DNA from: an uncultured delta proteobacterium
GTDB lineage: Bacteria > Desulfobacterota > RBG-13-43-22
Direction of reading: 5' to 3'
Assembly (NCBI GenBank): GCA_963711835.1
Contig: CAVQFQ010000004.1
Location: 416,001-480,000, forward strand
Length of the DNA: 64,000 bases
Part shown: positions 54,882-64,000 of the stretch, piece by piece
Layout of the letters: the number at the start of each line of letters is the position of its first letter
Position numbering within the stretch: the stretch's first letter is position 1
Made by a program: the position numbers and the translations under genes
Notes under the pieces: generated by a model
What the model was told of the DNA's origin: nothing
The model's database searches: none
Seen by the model: the letters and a program-made list of their open reading frames with translations, nothing else

Positions 54882-56693
54882 TTACTCTTTGTACATGGAT
54901 TCGATCAGGTCTTTATACTGGGCGTTGATGGCCTTCCGCTTGACCTTCATGGTCGGGGTCACTTCGCCGTCTTCAGTATAAAGTTTTTTGTCCAGGATGC
55001 GGAACTTGCGGATATTCTCCACCCGGGCGACTTGTTTGTTGACCTTGTTGATCTCCTGCTGAATCAACTCCATCACCTCCGGGGCCTTGGTTAACGTGGC
55101 AAAGGTGGTGAACTGGACCTTCTGGTCCTGGGCGAACTTGACCACGTTTTCTTCATCGATCACGATCAGGGCGGATAAAAACTTGCGGCGGTCCCCGATG
55201 ACCACGGCGTCGTTGATATAGGGCGAAAATTTGAGCAGGTTCTCGATAAATTGGGGAGCGACATTCTTCCCGCCGGCGGTAATAATCAGGTCTTTCTTGC
55301 GGTCGGTGATCTTCAAGTAACCTTCGGCATCGATCTCCCCCACATCTCCGGTCTGCAGCCAGCCGTCTTCGGAGAGGGCCTCCCGGGTATGCTCTTCATC
55401 CCGGTAATACCCCTTAAAAATCCCCTTATGACGAACCAGGATCTCCCCGTCCTCAGCGATCCGGACTTCGGTGCCCGGCAAGGCCCGACCGACCGTACCC
55501 AGCTTGAAATGATGCTCATCGGACATATGGGTCACACCGGTGGTTTCCGTCATTCCATAGCCTTCCCGGATGGGAATGCCGATGCTTTGAAAAAATTTGA
55601 GGATATTGTGCGAAATGGGGGCGGCCCCTGAGAATCCGATCCGGACCCGGTCAAAGCCGAGCCTTTTTTTCAGCTTTCGAAATACGATAAAATGCGCCAG
55701 AAAATAGGTCAGCGCCAACCAAGAGGAAACGGCCTGCCCGGCTAATTTGGCCTCGTTGTAACGGGTGCCTATTTTTAATGCCTGCTGAAAGGCCAACTTC
55801 TTGAATAAGGTGGCATCCTTCATTCTTAGAACTATACCGGAATAGTACTTCTCCCAAATTCGGGGAACGGCATGAAAAAGGGTCGGTGAGACATCCCGCA
55901 TATCGGACATGACCGTATCCGTATTTTCCGTGAAATTGACGATATGCCCCACCGTCATATGAATCATTAAATCATAGATCTGTTCATAAACGTGGTTTAA
56001 GGGCAGGAAAGAAATGCTCTCGTCGTCCCGGGTGCCCTGGGAAATGGAATTGGCTTTTTCGCCGATCCAGAGGTAGCCTTCGTGGGTCAGCATCGCCCCT
56101 TTGGGAGGACCGGTGGTCCCGGAAGTATAGACGATGCCGGCTACATCCTCTCCTTTTCCAGGTGCAACCAATTGCTCAAAAAGTCCCGGATGTTCCTGTT
56201 CCTCCTTTTTGCCCAAGGCGAGCAACTGGTCGAAACTCATGAACATGGGATCTTTAAAATGTTTGAGGCCCTCCATCTCCCAAACGATCAATTTTCGCAA
56301 GAGGGGGGTCCGCTCCCGGAAAGTCAAAGCCTTATCCAACTGCTCTTCGTCTTCACAGATGTAGACCACAGATTCGGAATGGCCGACCACATACTCGCAT
56401 TCCGCGGTCGGGTTGGTGGTGTAAACCCCGACGAAGGTTCCCCCGCAGGCCATGACGCCTAAGGCCGAATACAGCCATTCGGGCCGGTTTTCCCCGATGA
56501 TGGCCACGTGATCCCCAGGGTTCACCCCCAGGGACTTAAGCCCCAGGGCCACATATTTGACATTTTCCAGATATTCCACCCAGGTGATGTCTCTCCAAAG
56601 CCCCAGGTGCTTTTCACGAAGGGCAACCCGAGTGGGCTGTTTTTGAACCATTTGGATTAAGGCTTTGGGTAGCGTATCAACACCATTCATCAC
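54882..56693 (-). CDS. Long-chain acyl-CoA ligase (AMP-binding)
   Basis: YTSGTTGPPKG, EGYGMTE, TGDVG and TPTMKVKR. Confidence 0.92.
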   Translation of the reverse strand: MMNGVDTLPKALIQMVQKQPTRVALREKHLGLWRDITWVEYLENVKYVALGLKSLGVNPGDHVAIIGENRPEWLYSALGVMACGGTFVGVYTTNPTAECEYVVGHSESVVYICEDEEQLDKALTFRERTPLLRKLIVWEMEGLKHFKDPMFMSFDQLLALGKKEEQEHPGLFEQLVAPGKGEDVAGIVYTSGTTGPPKGAMLTHEGYLWIGEKANSISQGTRDDESISFLPLNHVYEQIYDLMIHMTVGHIVNFTENTDTVMSDMRDVSPTLFHAVPRIWEKYYSGIVLRMKDATLFKKLAFQQALKIGTRYNEAKLAGQAVSSWLALTYFLAHFIVFRKLKKRLGFDRVRIGFSGAAPISHNILKFFQSIGIPIREGYGMTETTGVTHMSDEHHFKLGTVGRALPGTEVRIAEDGEILVRHKGIFKGYYRDEEHTREALSEDGWLQTGDVGEIDAEGYLKITDRKKDLIITAGGKNVAPQFIENLLKFSPYINDAVVIGDRRKFLSALIVIDEENVVKFAQDQKVQFTTFATLTKAPEVMELIQQEINKVNKQVARVENIRKFRILDKKLYTEDGEVTPTMKVKRKAINAQYKDLIESMYKE

Positions 56694-56744
56694 ATAGGTT
56701 TCATTCTCTAAGCTTCCATAAGGGATTCGAAATTTTGTTTCTTT

Positions 56745-57527
56745 TTACCTGAATCTTACTTTCCGCCGATAGCGCTTATACCCCTTGACTGATTTCTCCT
56801 TGGCGATTCCGAGATAAAATTCCTTGACGTCCTCGTCTTCCTTTAAAGCTGCGGGTTTATCCGCCCGGACAATCCGACCATTTTCCATCAAATAAGCGAA
56901 GTGGGAATAATGGAGGGCCATATTGACGTTCTGCTCCACCAGGAAAATGGTTACCTTTTCCTTCTCGTTTATATCTTTAATGATGTTGAATATATCACGG
57001 GTCAAGAGGGGCGACATCCCGAGAGAGGGTTCATCCAACATTAACAGTTTGGGGCGGCTCATCAAGGCCCTTCCAATGGCCAGCATCTGTTGCTCCCCGC
57101 CGCTTAGGTAACCCGCTTCCTGGTCCTTTCTTTCCCTCAAAATCGGGAAGAACTGCATGATTCGTTCAATATCCTCCCGGACCTGTTTTTTATCCTTGCG
57201 GACATAGGCCCCCATTTGGATGTTTTCCATAACCGAAAGTTCCGGAAAGACCTCGCGGCCTTCCGGCACATAGCTGATACCCATTTTGACGATCTGATCC
57301 GTGTCCAGACGATCGATGCGAACGCCCAGGAACTCAATCGTTCCCTTTTCCGGCTGTTCCTTTTTCTGATCGTAGAGCAGCCGCATGATCGTTTTCAGGG
57401 TCGTCGTCTTGCCGGCCCCGTTTGATCCCAGCAGGGCCACCACCTGGCCTTCTTCAATTTCAAACGAGATCCCGTGCAGGGCCCGGATCAGATCGTACCA
57501 GGTCTCTATGTTTTTAACCTGAAGCAT
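56745..57527 (-). CDS. LivF-type ABC ATPase
   Basis: GSNGAGKT, LSGGEQQ and LDEPS. Confidence 0.92.
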   Translation of the reverse strand: MLQVKNIETWYDLIRALHGISFEIEEGQVVALLGSNGAGKTTTLKTIMRLLYDQKKEQPEKGTIEFLGVRIDRLDTDQIVKMGISYVPEGREVFPELSVMENIQMGAYVRKDKKQVREDIERIMQFFPILRERKDQEAGYLSGGEQQMLAIGRALMSRPKLLMLDEPSLGMSPLLTRDIFNIIKDINEKEKVTIFLVEQNVNMALHYSHFAYLMENGRIVRADKPAALKEDEDVKEFYLGIAKEKSVKGYKRYRRKVRFR

Positions 57528-58300
57528 TATATTCCCTCCCCCAGATAGGCCTTAACGACTTCGGGATGATTCTGGACCTCTTGGGGTGTTCCTTCCGTTA
57601 TCTGGATCCCATGGTTGATGGCCAGGATTCGGTCCGAGATACCCATGACCATGTTCATATCATGTTCAATCAGCAGGACGGTTACTTTATAATCTTCTCG
57701 AATATCCCGGACCCAGATGCCGAGATCTTCCTTCTCTTCGGTGTTCATGCCGGCTGACGGCTCATCCAGACAGAGGACTTTCGGCTCCAGGGCCAGGGCC
57801 CGCCCCAGTTCCACTAACTTGCGTTTTCCATAGGGCAGATTGCCGACAAACTGGTCCCGCACCGATTGCAGGTCTAAAAAGTCAATGATATTTTCCACGA
57901 TTTCGCGATGCTTGATTTCTTCGCGGGCCGCCGGGGATCTCTTGCCCCACATGAAGGCGCCGGAAAAGATGCCGGTTTTCATATGGATATGCCGGCCCAG
58001 CATCAGATTGTCCATAACGGTGGCCTTGGAAAAAAGTTCGATATTTTGAAAAGTGCGGGCAATGCCCCTACGGGCGATCCGATCCGGGGTCAGGCCTACC
58101 AGATTTTCCCCGTCCAGGACAACCCGGCCCTCATCGGGTTTATAAATACCGCTTATCAAGTTATAAATGGTGGTCTTGCCGGAACCGTTGGGACCGATGA
58201 TGGAAAAGATGGAATTTTTCTCTACGTTGAAACTGACGTTATTGACGGCGGTTAAACCGCCGAAGCGGATGGTCAGGTTTTCGACACCAAAATGAGTCAT
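57527..58300 (-). CDS. LivG-type ABC ATPase
   Basis: GPNGSGKT, RTFQN, IEHDM and AYLG. Confidence 0.92.
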   Translation of the reverse strand: MTHFGVENLTIRFGGLTAVNNVSFNVEKNSIFSIIGPNGSGKTTIYNLISGIYKPDEGRVVLDGENLVGLTPDRIARRGIARTFQNIELFSKATVMDNLMLGRHIHMKTGIFSGAFMWGKRSPAAREEIKHREIVENIIDFLDLQSVRDQFVGNLPYGKRKLVELGRALALEPKVLCLDEPSAGMNTEEKEDLGIWVRDIREDYKVTVLLIEHDMNMVMGISDRILAINHGIQITEGTPQEVQNHPEVVKAYLGEGI

Positions 58301-58311
58301 AATTCGTTCTC

Positions 58312-58381
58312 ACTCAGGAATTCAGGAGGTCAGGAGCCAGTATCCAGAATAAAAATCTTTCTGAATTCTGACTCCTGAATG
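58312..58381. repeat. Inverted heptamer repeat tract inside the operon
   Basis: TCAGGAATTCAGGAGGTCAGGAGCCAG ... CTGAATTCTGACTCCTGAAT. Confidence 0.6.
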
Positions 58382-58394
58382 CTCAGTTCTGTTC

Positions 58395-59587
58395 CTATTT
58401 GTTTTTCCAGATGGCCATTTCGTTCGCTTCCCAACTTTGCAGCGTAATATAAGAAGCATTGGGACCGCATTTTTGGATCATGACAGAGTCGGTTCCCTGG
58501 TGTTCCTTTTCCGTCCAGGTAATCTTGGGACCGATCCCCTGGAAGTCCTTCATGGAATTCAAGGCCTTCAGGGTGGCTTCGGTGCTCAGGTTTTTGCCGA
58601 CCCTTTTTAAGGCCTCCACAAGGGGCTCGGCAAACATAATCCCGGCATAATAGAAGGTACCCCATCTTTCATCAGGAGTGTACTTCTTGGCCGCCTCACG
58701 GTATTTAACCATCAAGGGGTTCTTGGAATCCGGGGTCTCGCCAAAGGCCCCGGTGATGACGCCTTCCCACAACCCGCCGGAGATTTTATTCATAAAGGGA
58801 TAGTCCGACAAGGTATTGGAAGAGACCCACTGGGGTTTGAAACCAACAGAGGCCGCTGTTTTCAAGGTAACTGCCGCCAGGGTCGGGTTGGACCACATAA
58901 AGACCACCTCGGCCCCGGAGTTCTTAAGTTTCAGAACCTGGGAGGAAAGGTCCTTTTCCATCGGTTCTAAGGGTATCTCTGCAACCAAATCCATCTTATA
59001 TTTCGCCAGTCTTCGTTTGCAGCCATCGAGGCCGTTTTTCCCGTAGGTATCATTTTGATACAGGAAGCCGATTTTCTTGGCCTTCATTTTTTCCACCATA
59101 TACTTGGTCAGGATGCTGACCTCGTCGTCATAGAGCGGATAGAGGGCAAAAAGATACGGGTCATTGGGCTCCACGTATTCTTTGATCGCGGTGGCCGGGC
59201 CGACCCAGATAATCTTATTTTGGCTCAGATAATCTTTTACCGCCATACCGCAGGCCGCACCTACTCCGCCCACAAAGGCAAAGATGCCGTTTCTTTCCAC
59301 CAGCTCTTTGACCACGGTTTTGGTCTGGGCCGGGTTATACATATCGTCCCGGAGAAAATATTTGATTTTCCGGCCGTGAATGCCTCCTTCGTCATTGACG
59401 ATGGTAAACAGCAGGCCGCTGCCGCGGGCCACGGAACCCCAGGGGGCCGCCGGGCCGGTCTGAGGCCCCCACTGGCCGATGCGGATTTCCTTGTCGTCAA
59501 ATCCCGGAGGATTGGCGAAACTTAAGGGCGCCAGAACCACCAGCGACGGTCAGAGACAGCATTAGCATAAACAACAATTTTCTTCAT
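58395..59587 (-). CDS. LivK-type periplasmic binding protein; signal peptide frameshifted
   Basis: PQTGPAA, VNDEGGIHGRKI and YQNDTYG; ATG at 59587 with GAGG RBS joins the frame if two single-base insertions are removed. Confidence 0.85.
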
Positions 59588-59723
59588 AATCGTTTTCCTC
59601 CTCAAATATTTAATTTTGTGAATTAAAAAAACGGATCGCTGCCCTCGGCCAAAGGAGCCATGAGGACTGAGTCTTCAAGGTGCATTGACCTTTTCCCAAG
59701 ATCACCCGACCTCCCGAGACAGT

Positions 59724-60200
59724 CTATAATTTGTACCATCTTCCCCCCTCTTTCACGAAAGGGAAGTCATAGTTCACCAGAGACTGTTGTTCGCTATCCC
59801 GATAGCGGATGATCACGTCCACTTCCACCCGGGCGAAGCCCTCCAGGTTCGGATATTTTTCTTTTCCCGGGTTTTCCGGGGTTATTCGGATAGTAAGGAT
59901 CTTATAGGAAGCAATTCGTACTGGAGAAGATTGGGCCTCGGCCCGATAGGCCTCAAAATTGTTGGCCTTGCAATATTCAGAGGCCGGATAGAGGCTTCCA
60001 TAAACTTCCTTGAAATCCCTTCTCACTTCAGCGTCCAGGTAGCGCTTGGCCGCCTTCTCAACTTCTCTTTGCTTATCGTTGAGTGTTTCCGTGTTCCCAG
60101 ACCAGGCGAAGGGCGTGTAAAAAAGAGTAAGAAGGAATCCCAAAAAAAGAATTCCCTTGAACCCTTGAACCCTCGACCCCTTGAACCCTTCTAATGCCAA
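59724..60200 (-). CDS. Hypothetical exported protein (NTF2-like) within the ABC operon
   Basis: Signal peptide and terminal FVKEGGRWY; N-terminus encoded by 8-mer repeats, start uncertain. Confidence 0.6.
   Translation of the reverse strand: MALEGFKGSRVQGFKGILFLGFLLTLFYTPFAWSGNTETLNDKQREVEKAAKRYLDAEVRRDFKEVYGSLYPASEYCKANNFEAYRAEAQSSPVRIASYKILTIRITPENPGKEKYPNLEGFARVEVDVIIRYRDSEQQSLVNYDFPFVKEGGRWYKL
60154..60190. repeat. Octamer tandem repeat (CCCTTGAA)n
   Basis: CCCTTGAA CCCTTGAA CCCTCGAC CCCTTGAA CCCTT. Confidence 0.7.
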
Positions 60201-60204
60201 GACG

Positions 60205-61077
60205 TCACACTTTCTTTACGTAATGTTTGACGAACAGCCCGCTGGGCCTGACACACAGGACCAGGACGATGACGACAAAGGCCACGATGGGCTTCCACTC
60301 CGGCCAGACATACCCGAATAAATTCTCAATCAACCCCAGCAGTTCCCCGCCGATGACAATTCCCGGAATGCTCATCAATCCTCCGAGTACCGCCGCGGCA
60401 AAGGCCCTCATGAAGGGCTCCATCATGTAGGCCGGATCCAGGGTGGCCCGGCCGGCAAAAAACATGGCCGCCGTCGCCCCGATAAAGGAACTGAATCCCC
60501 AGGCCAGGGAAAAGACCCGCTCCGTTCTAACCCCCATGATTTTAGCCGCGTGCTGATTCTGCTGGGTGGCCCGCATGGCCACGCCCAATTTGGTATATCT
60601 GAAAAAAAGAAACAACAGGATCATAAGAACACCGGCGGCAATGAATACGGCAATGGACCAGTCGTTGATTATAAGCCCCTTGATAGGTTCGTAGGTCTTC
60701 AGGACGGAAAAAGGCAAGACGAATTCCTTTTGCTCCGATCCCCATTTCCAACTGGCCAGACCCATGAGCAGCATTTCCACTCCCAGGGTTATGACAATCA
60801 AACCCAGGAGGTTGGGATTTTTGGCCGGACGCAGAAAAATGAACTCGATAACCATGCCCAGAAGGATGGCGAAAATCATGGTCATCAGGTAGGCCAGCCA
60901 AAAGGGAACCTGATACATGGTTAACAAGTGGTAGGTTACATAGGTGGAAAACATGGCCATTTCCCCCTGGCCGAAATTGACCACCTCGGAGGTCTTATAA
61001 ATAATGACCACCGCAATTCCAAACAAGCCGTAACAGGCCCCTATGGCCAAACCTTCAATTATCAATTGTCCAATCAT
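60205..61077 (-). CDS. LivH-type ABC permease
   Basis: VVNFGQGE, GVAMRA, FAAAVLGG and RPSGLF. Confidence 0.92.
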   Translation of the reverse strand: MIGQLIIEGLAIGACYGLFGIAVVIIYKTSEVVNFGQGEMAMFSTYVTYHLLTMYQVPFWLAYLMTMIFAILLGMVIEFIFLRPAKNPNLLGLIVITLGVEMLLMGLASWKWGSEQKEFVLPFSVLKTYEPIKGLIINDWSIAVFIAAGVLMILLFLFFRYTKLGVAMRATQQNQHAAKIMGVRTERVFSLAWGFSSFIGATAAMFFAGRATLDPAYMMEPFMRAFAAAVLGGLMSIPGIVIGGELLGLIENLFGYVWPEWKPIVAFVVIVLVLCVRPSGLFVKHYVKKV

Positions 61078-61095
61078 TGCTTTTTCTTCGTCCCT

Positions 61096-61260
61096 TTAGT
61101 CTATTTAGTCTATTTAGTCTATTCTGGTCTATTCGGTCTGGTTTACGTCTTTGATCTGTCGCTTTTGTCGGTCTTTTACGTCCTGAACGCCGAACGCCGA
61201 ACTCCTACGCCATACGCTCCTACGCCTCTCGCCGAACTCTGAACTCCGCACGCCGTACGC
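61096..61260. repeat. 9-mer and 7-mer tandem repeat tracts between the permease genes
   Basis: (TTAGTCTAT)3 plus degenerate copies, then CCGAACG/CCTACG-type heptamers. Confidence 0.75.
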
Positions 61261-61264
61261 TTCT

Positions 61265-62336
61265 TTAAAAAGGCCAGGCTTTCCAGTACTTCTTAAGCCG
61301 TATCCAGATTCCGAAAATCCCTAAAGGTTCAAAAATAATGATGGCAAGCATGATCAGGCCCAGGATGATGCTGTTGAAATTTTCCAGGCCGATGACGGTG
61401 AACCACTTTCTCGAAACGGCAACCAGCAGGTCGCCTATAATAGGCTTTTCAGCTATGTTCTTTAAGAGGTTGTACTGCAGATAGGTGATCAGTACGGCCC
61501 CGCAGATGGAGCCCATAATCGATCCCAAGCCTCCTACAACCACCATGACCAGGAAAATGATGGACAGGATCAAGGTGAAGGTGAAGGGATCAAAGAAACC
61601 CAAGACAAAACCGAAGAGACCCCCGGCAATGCCGGTGTAGAAGGCGCTGACCATGAAGGAAAGGGTCTTATAGAAGGTCAGGTTGATGCCGATTACTTCG
61701 GCGGCGATATCGCTGTCCCGGATGGCCACAAAAGATCTGCCCACCCGGGTTTTCATCAGATTCCGGGCCGATATGACCATAAAAATGGTAATGATCAGAA
61801 TCAAATAGTACTTGCTGAGATCCGTTTCCAGGATCCAGTGGCCACCCGAACTGCGGGATGCCCAAATCCAGTGGCGGGGCATGAATACCCATCCGTCCCC
61901 CAAAGACCTCCCAGCGGCCGATGACATGCATGATGGTCAAACCGAAGCCCATGGAGGCGATGGCCAGGTAAGGTCCTTCCAGGCGCAAGGCCGGCAGGCC
62001 GAGAATAAAGCCGAAAAAGGCCGCAATAAAGCCGGCCAGAGGCAGGGCCAGAAAAAAAGGGATTTGCAGCTTGGCCATTAACAGGGCTGTCGCATAGGCG
62101 CCGATGGCAAAAAAACCGGCGTGTCCTAATGAGATCTGACCGGTATAGCCCATGAGGATGTTGAGCCCTACGGCCATGATGACATGGACCAGAATGATAT
62201 TGAACAGAAAAACATAATAAGATGGGGCATAAAGGGGAAAGGTTACCAGAAAGGCCAGCAAGGCCATGGCCCAAAAGAAAATCACCCCGCTATCAAACAG
62301 TTGAACATCTTCGTAATAATTTCGTTTTCGATCCAT
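61265..62336 (-). pseudogene. LivM-type ABC permease, one frameshift near 61830-61860 (likely sequencing error)
   Basis: GYTGQISLGHAGF and RLEGPYLA in one frame; GRSFVAIRD and VVGGLGS in another. Confidence 0.85.
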
Positions 62337-62411
62337 ATCGCCTTCTTATCGTGAAATTTTGCACTTATTCGATAGCATTGATTGCCCCATTAGGCAATAC
62401 TTTTTTATCAA

Positions 62412-62801
62412 TTACTTCGAACGGCTTTTTCCTTTTTGGGCCACACGTTCGACCACTTTTTCATAATAGACCTGATTTTCTTCAAAAAGGGGGGAGACTT
62501 TGCGCATCATGTTGAGCTTCATGATCATGAAATTGAGGCGTTTCATCTGGCGGTACTTCTCGTCCAGGTCCTCTATGCCCTGAATCATTTCCCCCAGGTT
62601 ATTGATCTCCTTTTTCAGCTCCAGTTCCGGGGGGAGGCAGTCGGCATTTTTGAGGATCTTATAGGCCAGCCGCAATTCTTCCGGGATGCCGCTCTCGTCC
62701 TCCAGACGAAGCGGTTCCCCTTTGCCGGGCAGGTCGTCGAACTCGCCGTTGCGCAGGGCTTCCTGGATCTTTCGTTCGGCGATAAGGTGAGAGAAAAACA
62801 T
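62412..62801 (-). CDS. DUF1992 / DnaJ-C28 conserved-domain protein
   Basis: IAERKIQEA...GEFDDLPGKGEPL...LKNA..LPPE. Confidence 0.88.
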   Translation of the reverse strand: MFFSHLIAERKIQEALRNGEFDDLPGKGEPLRLEDESGIPEELRLAYKILKNADCLPPELELKKEINNLGEMIQGIEDLDEKYRQMKRLNFMIMKLNMMRKVSPLFEENQVYYEKVVERVAQKGKSRSK

Positions 62802-62865
62802 AGGCTGAGCAGATAAGGATTGCGTTTGATCGTAGGCAGAATTATACCAGGCGTAGCTCCTCTAA

Positions 62866-63852
62866 TCAACCTCCGATTTTTATCATCGGCCGCTGGCACT
62901 TTCGGGGAATGGGATCTGAGGAAAAGGCCGGCTGCCTGGGTTTCTGGGCAATGGCTGCCTGAATGGCCTCTTCCAGTTCCGAATCGGAAGCCCCCAGCCG
63001 CAGCAGGAGACGCAAGTCGGTTTCCTTATCGGAAAAGATGCAAACCCGGAGCCGGCCCTCGGCTGTCACCCGGAGACGGTTGCAGGCCGGGCAGAAATGA
63101 TCGCTGATGGGGCTGATCAAGCCGATTTCCCCTTTTGCTCCGGCATAGGCCATCCGCCTGGCCGGCCCGTCCAGACCCGAGCCATTGACGGGATGAAGCG
63201 GCCCCAGGCTTTCAAGACGCTGCTGAATCTCTTCCGCCGAAAGGAACCGTTCTTCTTTCCAGTTATTTTCCGGCCCTATGGGCATGTATTCAATAAAACG
63301 GATATGAAACGGTTCTTCCCGAGAAAGCCGGCCGAAAGAAAGTATTTCATCATCATTGATGCCCCGCATGGCCACGACATTAATTTTAATAGGTTCGAAT
63401 CCGATTTCTTTGGCCCGTTCAATGCCCTGCCAGACCCGGTTGAAATCATCAACCCGGGTGATCCGTTCGAATTTTTCCCGGATCAGGGTGTCCAGGCTGA
63501 TGTTGATTCTTCGTATGCCGGCCTCCCACAAGGCCTCGATCCGTTCCGTCAATAAAACGCCGTTGGTGGTCAGACTGATATCCTTAAGACCCGGGATCTG
63601 TTTCAGCAGGGCCATAAAGGGAATCACCCCTTTTCTAACCAGAGGTTCCCCGCCGGTCAGGCGTATCTTTTCAATGCCCATCTTCACACTGAGCCGCGCC
63701 AGTCGAAGCAGTTCCTCATAACTGAGGATTTCATCGTGGCTGAATTTGGGAATTCCTCCCTCGGGCATGCAATATATACAGCGCAGGTTGCAGCGGTCGG
63801 TTAGGGAGAGACGCAGGTAATTGAGGCGGCGGTGGTAAGAATCGAAGAGCAT
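62866..63852 (-). CDS. moaA: GTP 3',8-cyclase
   Basis: CNLRCIYC radical SAM motif, TGGEP, CxxCNRLR and terminal IGG. Confidence 0.96.
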   Translation of the reverse strand: MLFDSYHRRLNYLRLSLTDRCNLRCIYCMPEGGIPKFSHDEILSYEELLRLARLSVKMGIEKIRLTGGEPLVRKGVIPFMALLKQIPGLKDISLTTNGVLLTERIEALWEAGIRRINISLDTLIREKFERITRVDDFNRVWQGIERAKEIGFEPIKINVVAMRGINDDEILSFGRLSREEPFHIRFIEYMPIGPENNWKEERFLSAEEIQQRLESLGPLHPVNGSGLDGPARRMAYAGAKGEIGLISPISDHFCPACNRLRVTAEGRLRVCIFSDKETDLRLLLRLGASDSELEEAIQAAIAQKPRQPAFSSDPIPRKCQRPMIKIGG

Positions 63853-63859
63853 GCTAAGT

Positions 63860-64000
63860 CACGTTACCTAAATATTAAAGTTCTCATAGTTGTATTTCCC
63901 GGGTGAGGCTGCATTTTCTTCCGTCTGCGGCTTTCGGGCTGGTCTTTTCTGCAGACTTATCCATGGGAGACCCTTTACCCCCTCCGCATTCTCGCCCGCT
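63860..64000. mobile_element. Family C repeat, copy 2 (truncated by window)
   Basis: 63914-64000 matches 25157-25244; ACGTTACCTAAA at 63861 matches the reverse complement of the copy 1 right end (ACGTTACCCAAA). Confidence 0.65.

Noticed and set aside
61096-61260. Possible CRISPR array
   Set aside because: Units are 7-9 bp with no unique spacers; no cas genes in the window

Overview
About 55% GC anaerobe DNA; the gene content suggests Desulfobacterota (inference). It carries an aldehyde oxidoreductase, abfD, a metal(loid) neighbourhood with an HgcC-like gene and arsM, a 16 kb TetR-led acyl-CoA carboxylase/beta-oxidation cluster, a molybdoenzyme with FmdE, a GGDEF/HD-GYP protein, mutS, an amidase, PBP1A, tRNA-Lys, tRNA-Glu, a Liv-type ABC operon with an acyl-CoA ligase, and moaA. 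The most unusual signal is non-coding. Four 300-390 bp transposase-free elements (8786-9088, 25942-26273, 38953-39260, 39519-39909) have 8-bp target duplications and share one core of about 200 bp, whose long closing stem shows compensatory changes, yet they use two different terminal-repeat types. Also found: a second hairpin repeat family, tiny palindromic inserts, 7-9-mer repeats at operon junctions, a duplicated sigma54 promoter plus upstream box serving a missed 43-aa ORF and the c-di-GMP enzyme, a G11 tract frameshifting a signal peptide, and a hidden YLPLV-type C-terminus. Several frameshifts look like long-read indel errors. All calls are by eye; no searches were run.
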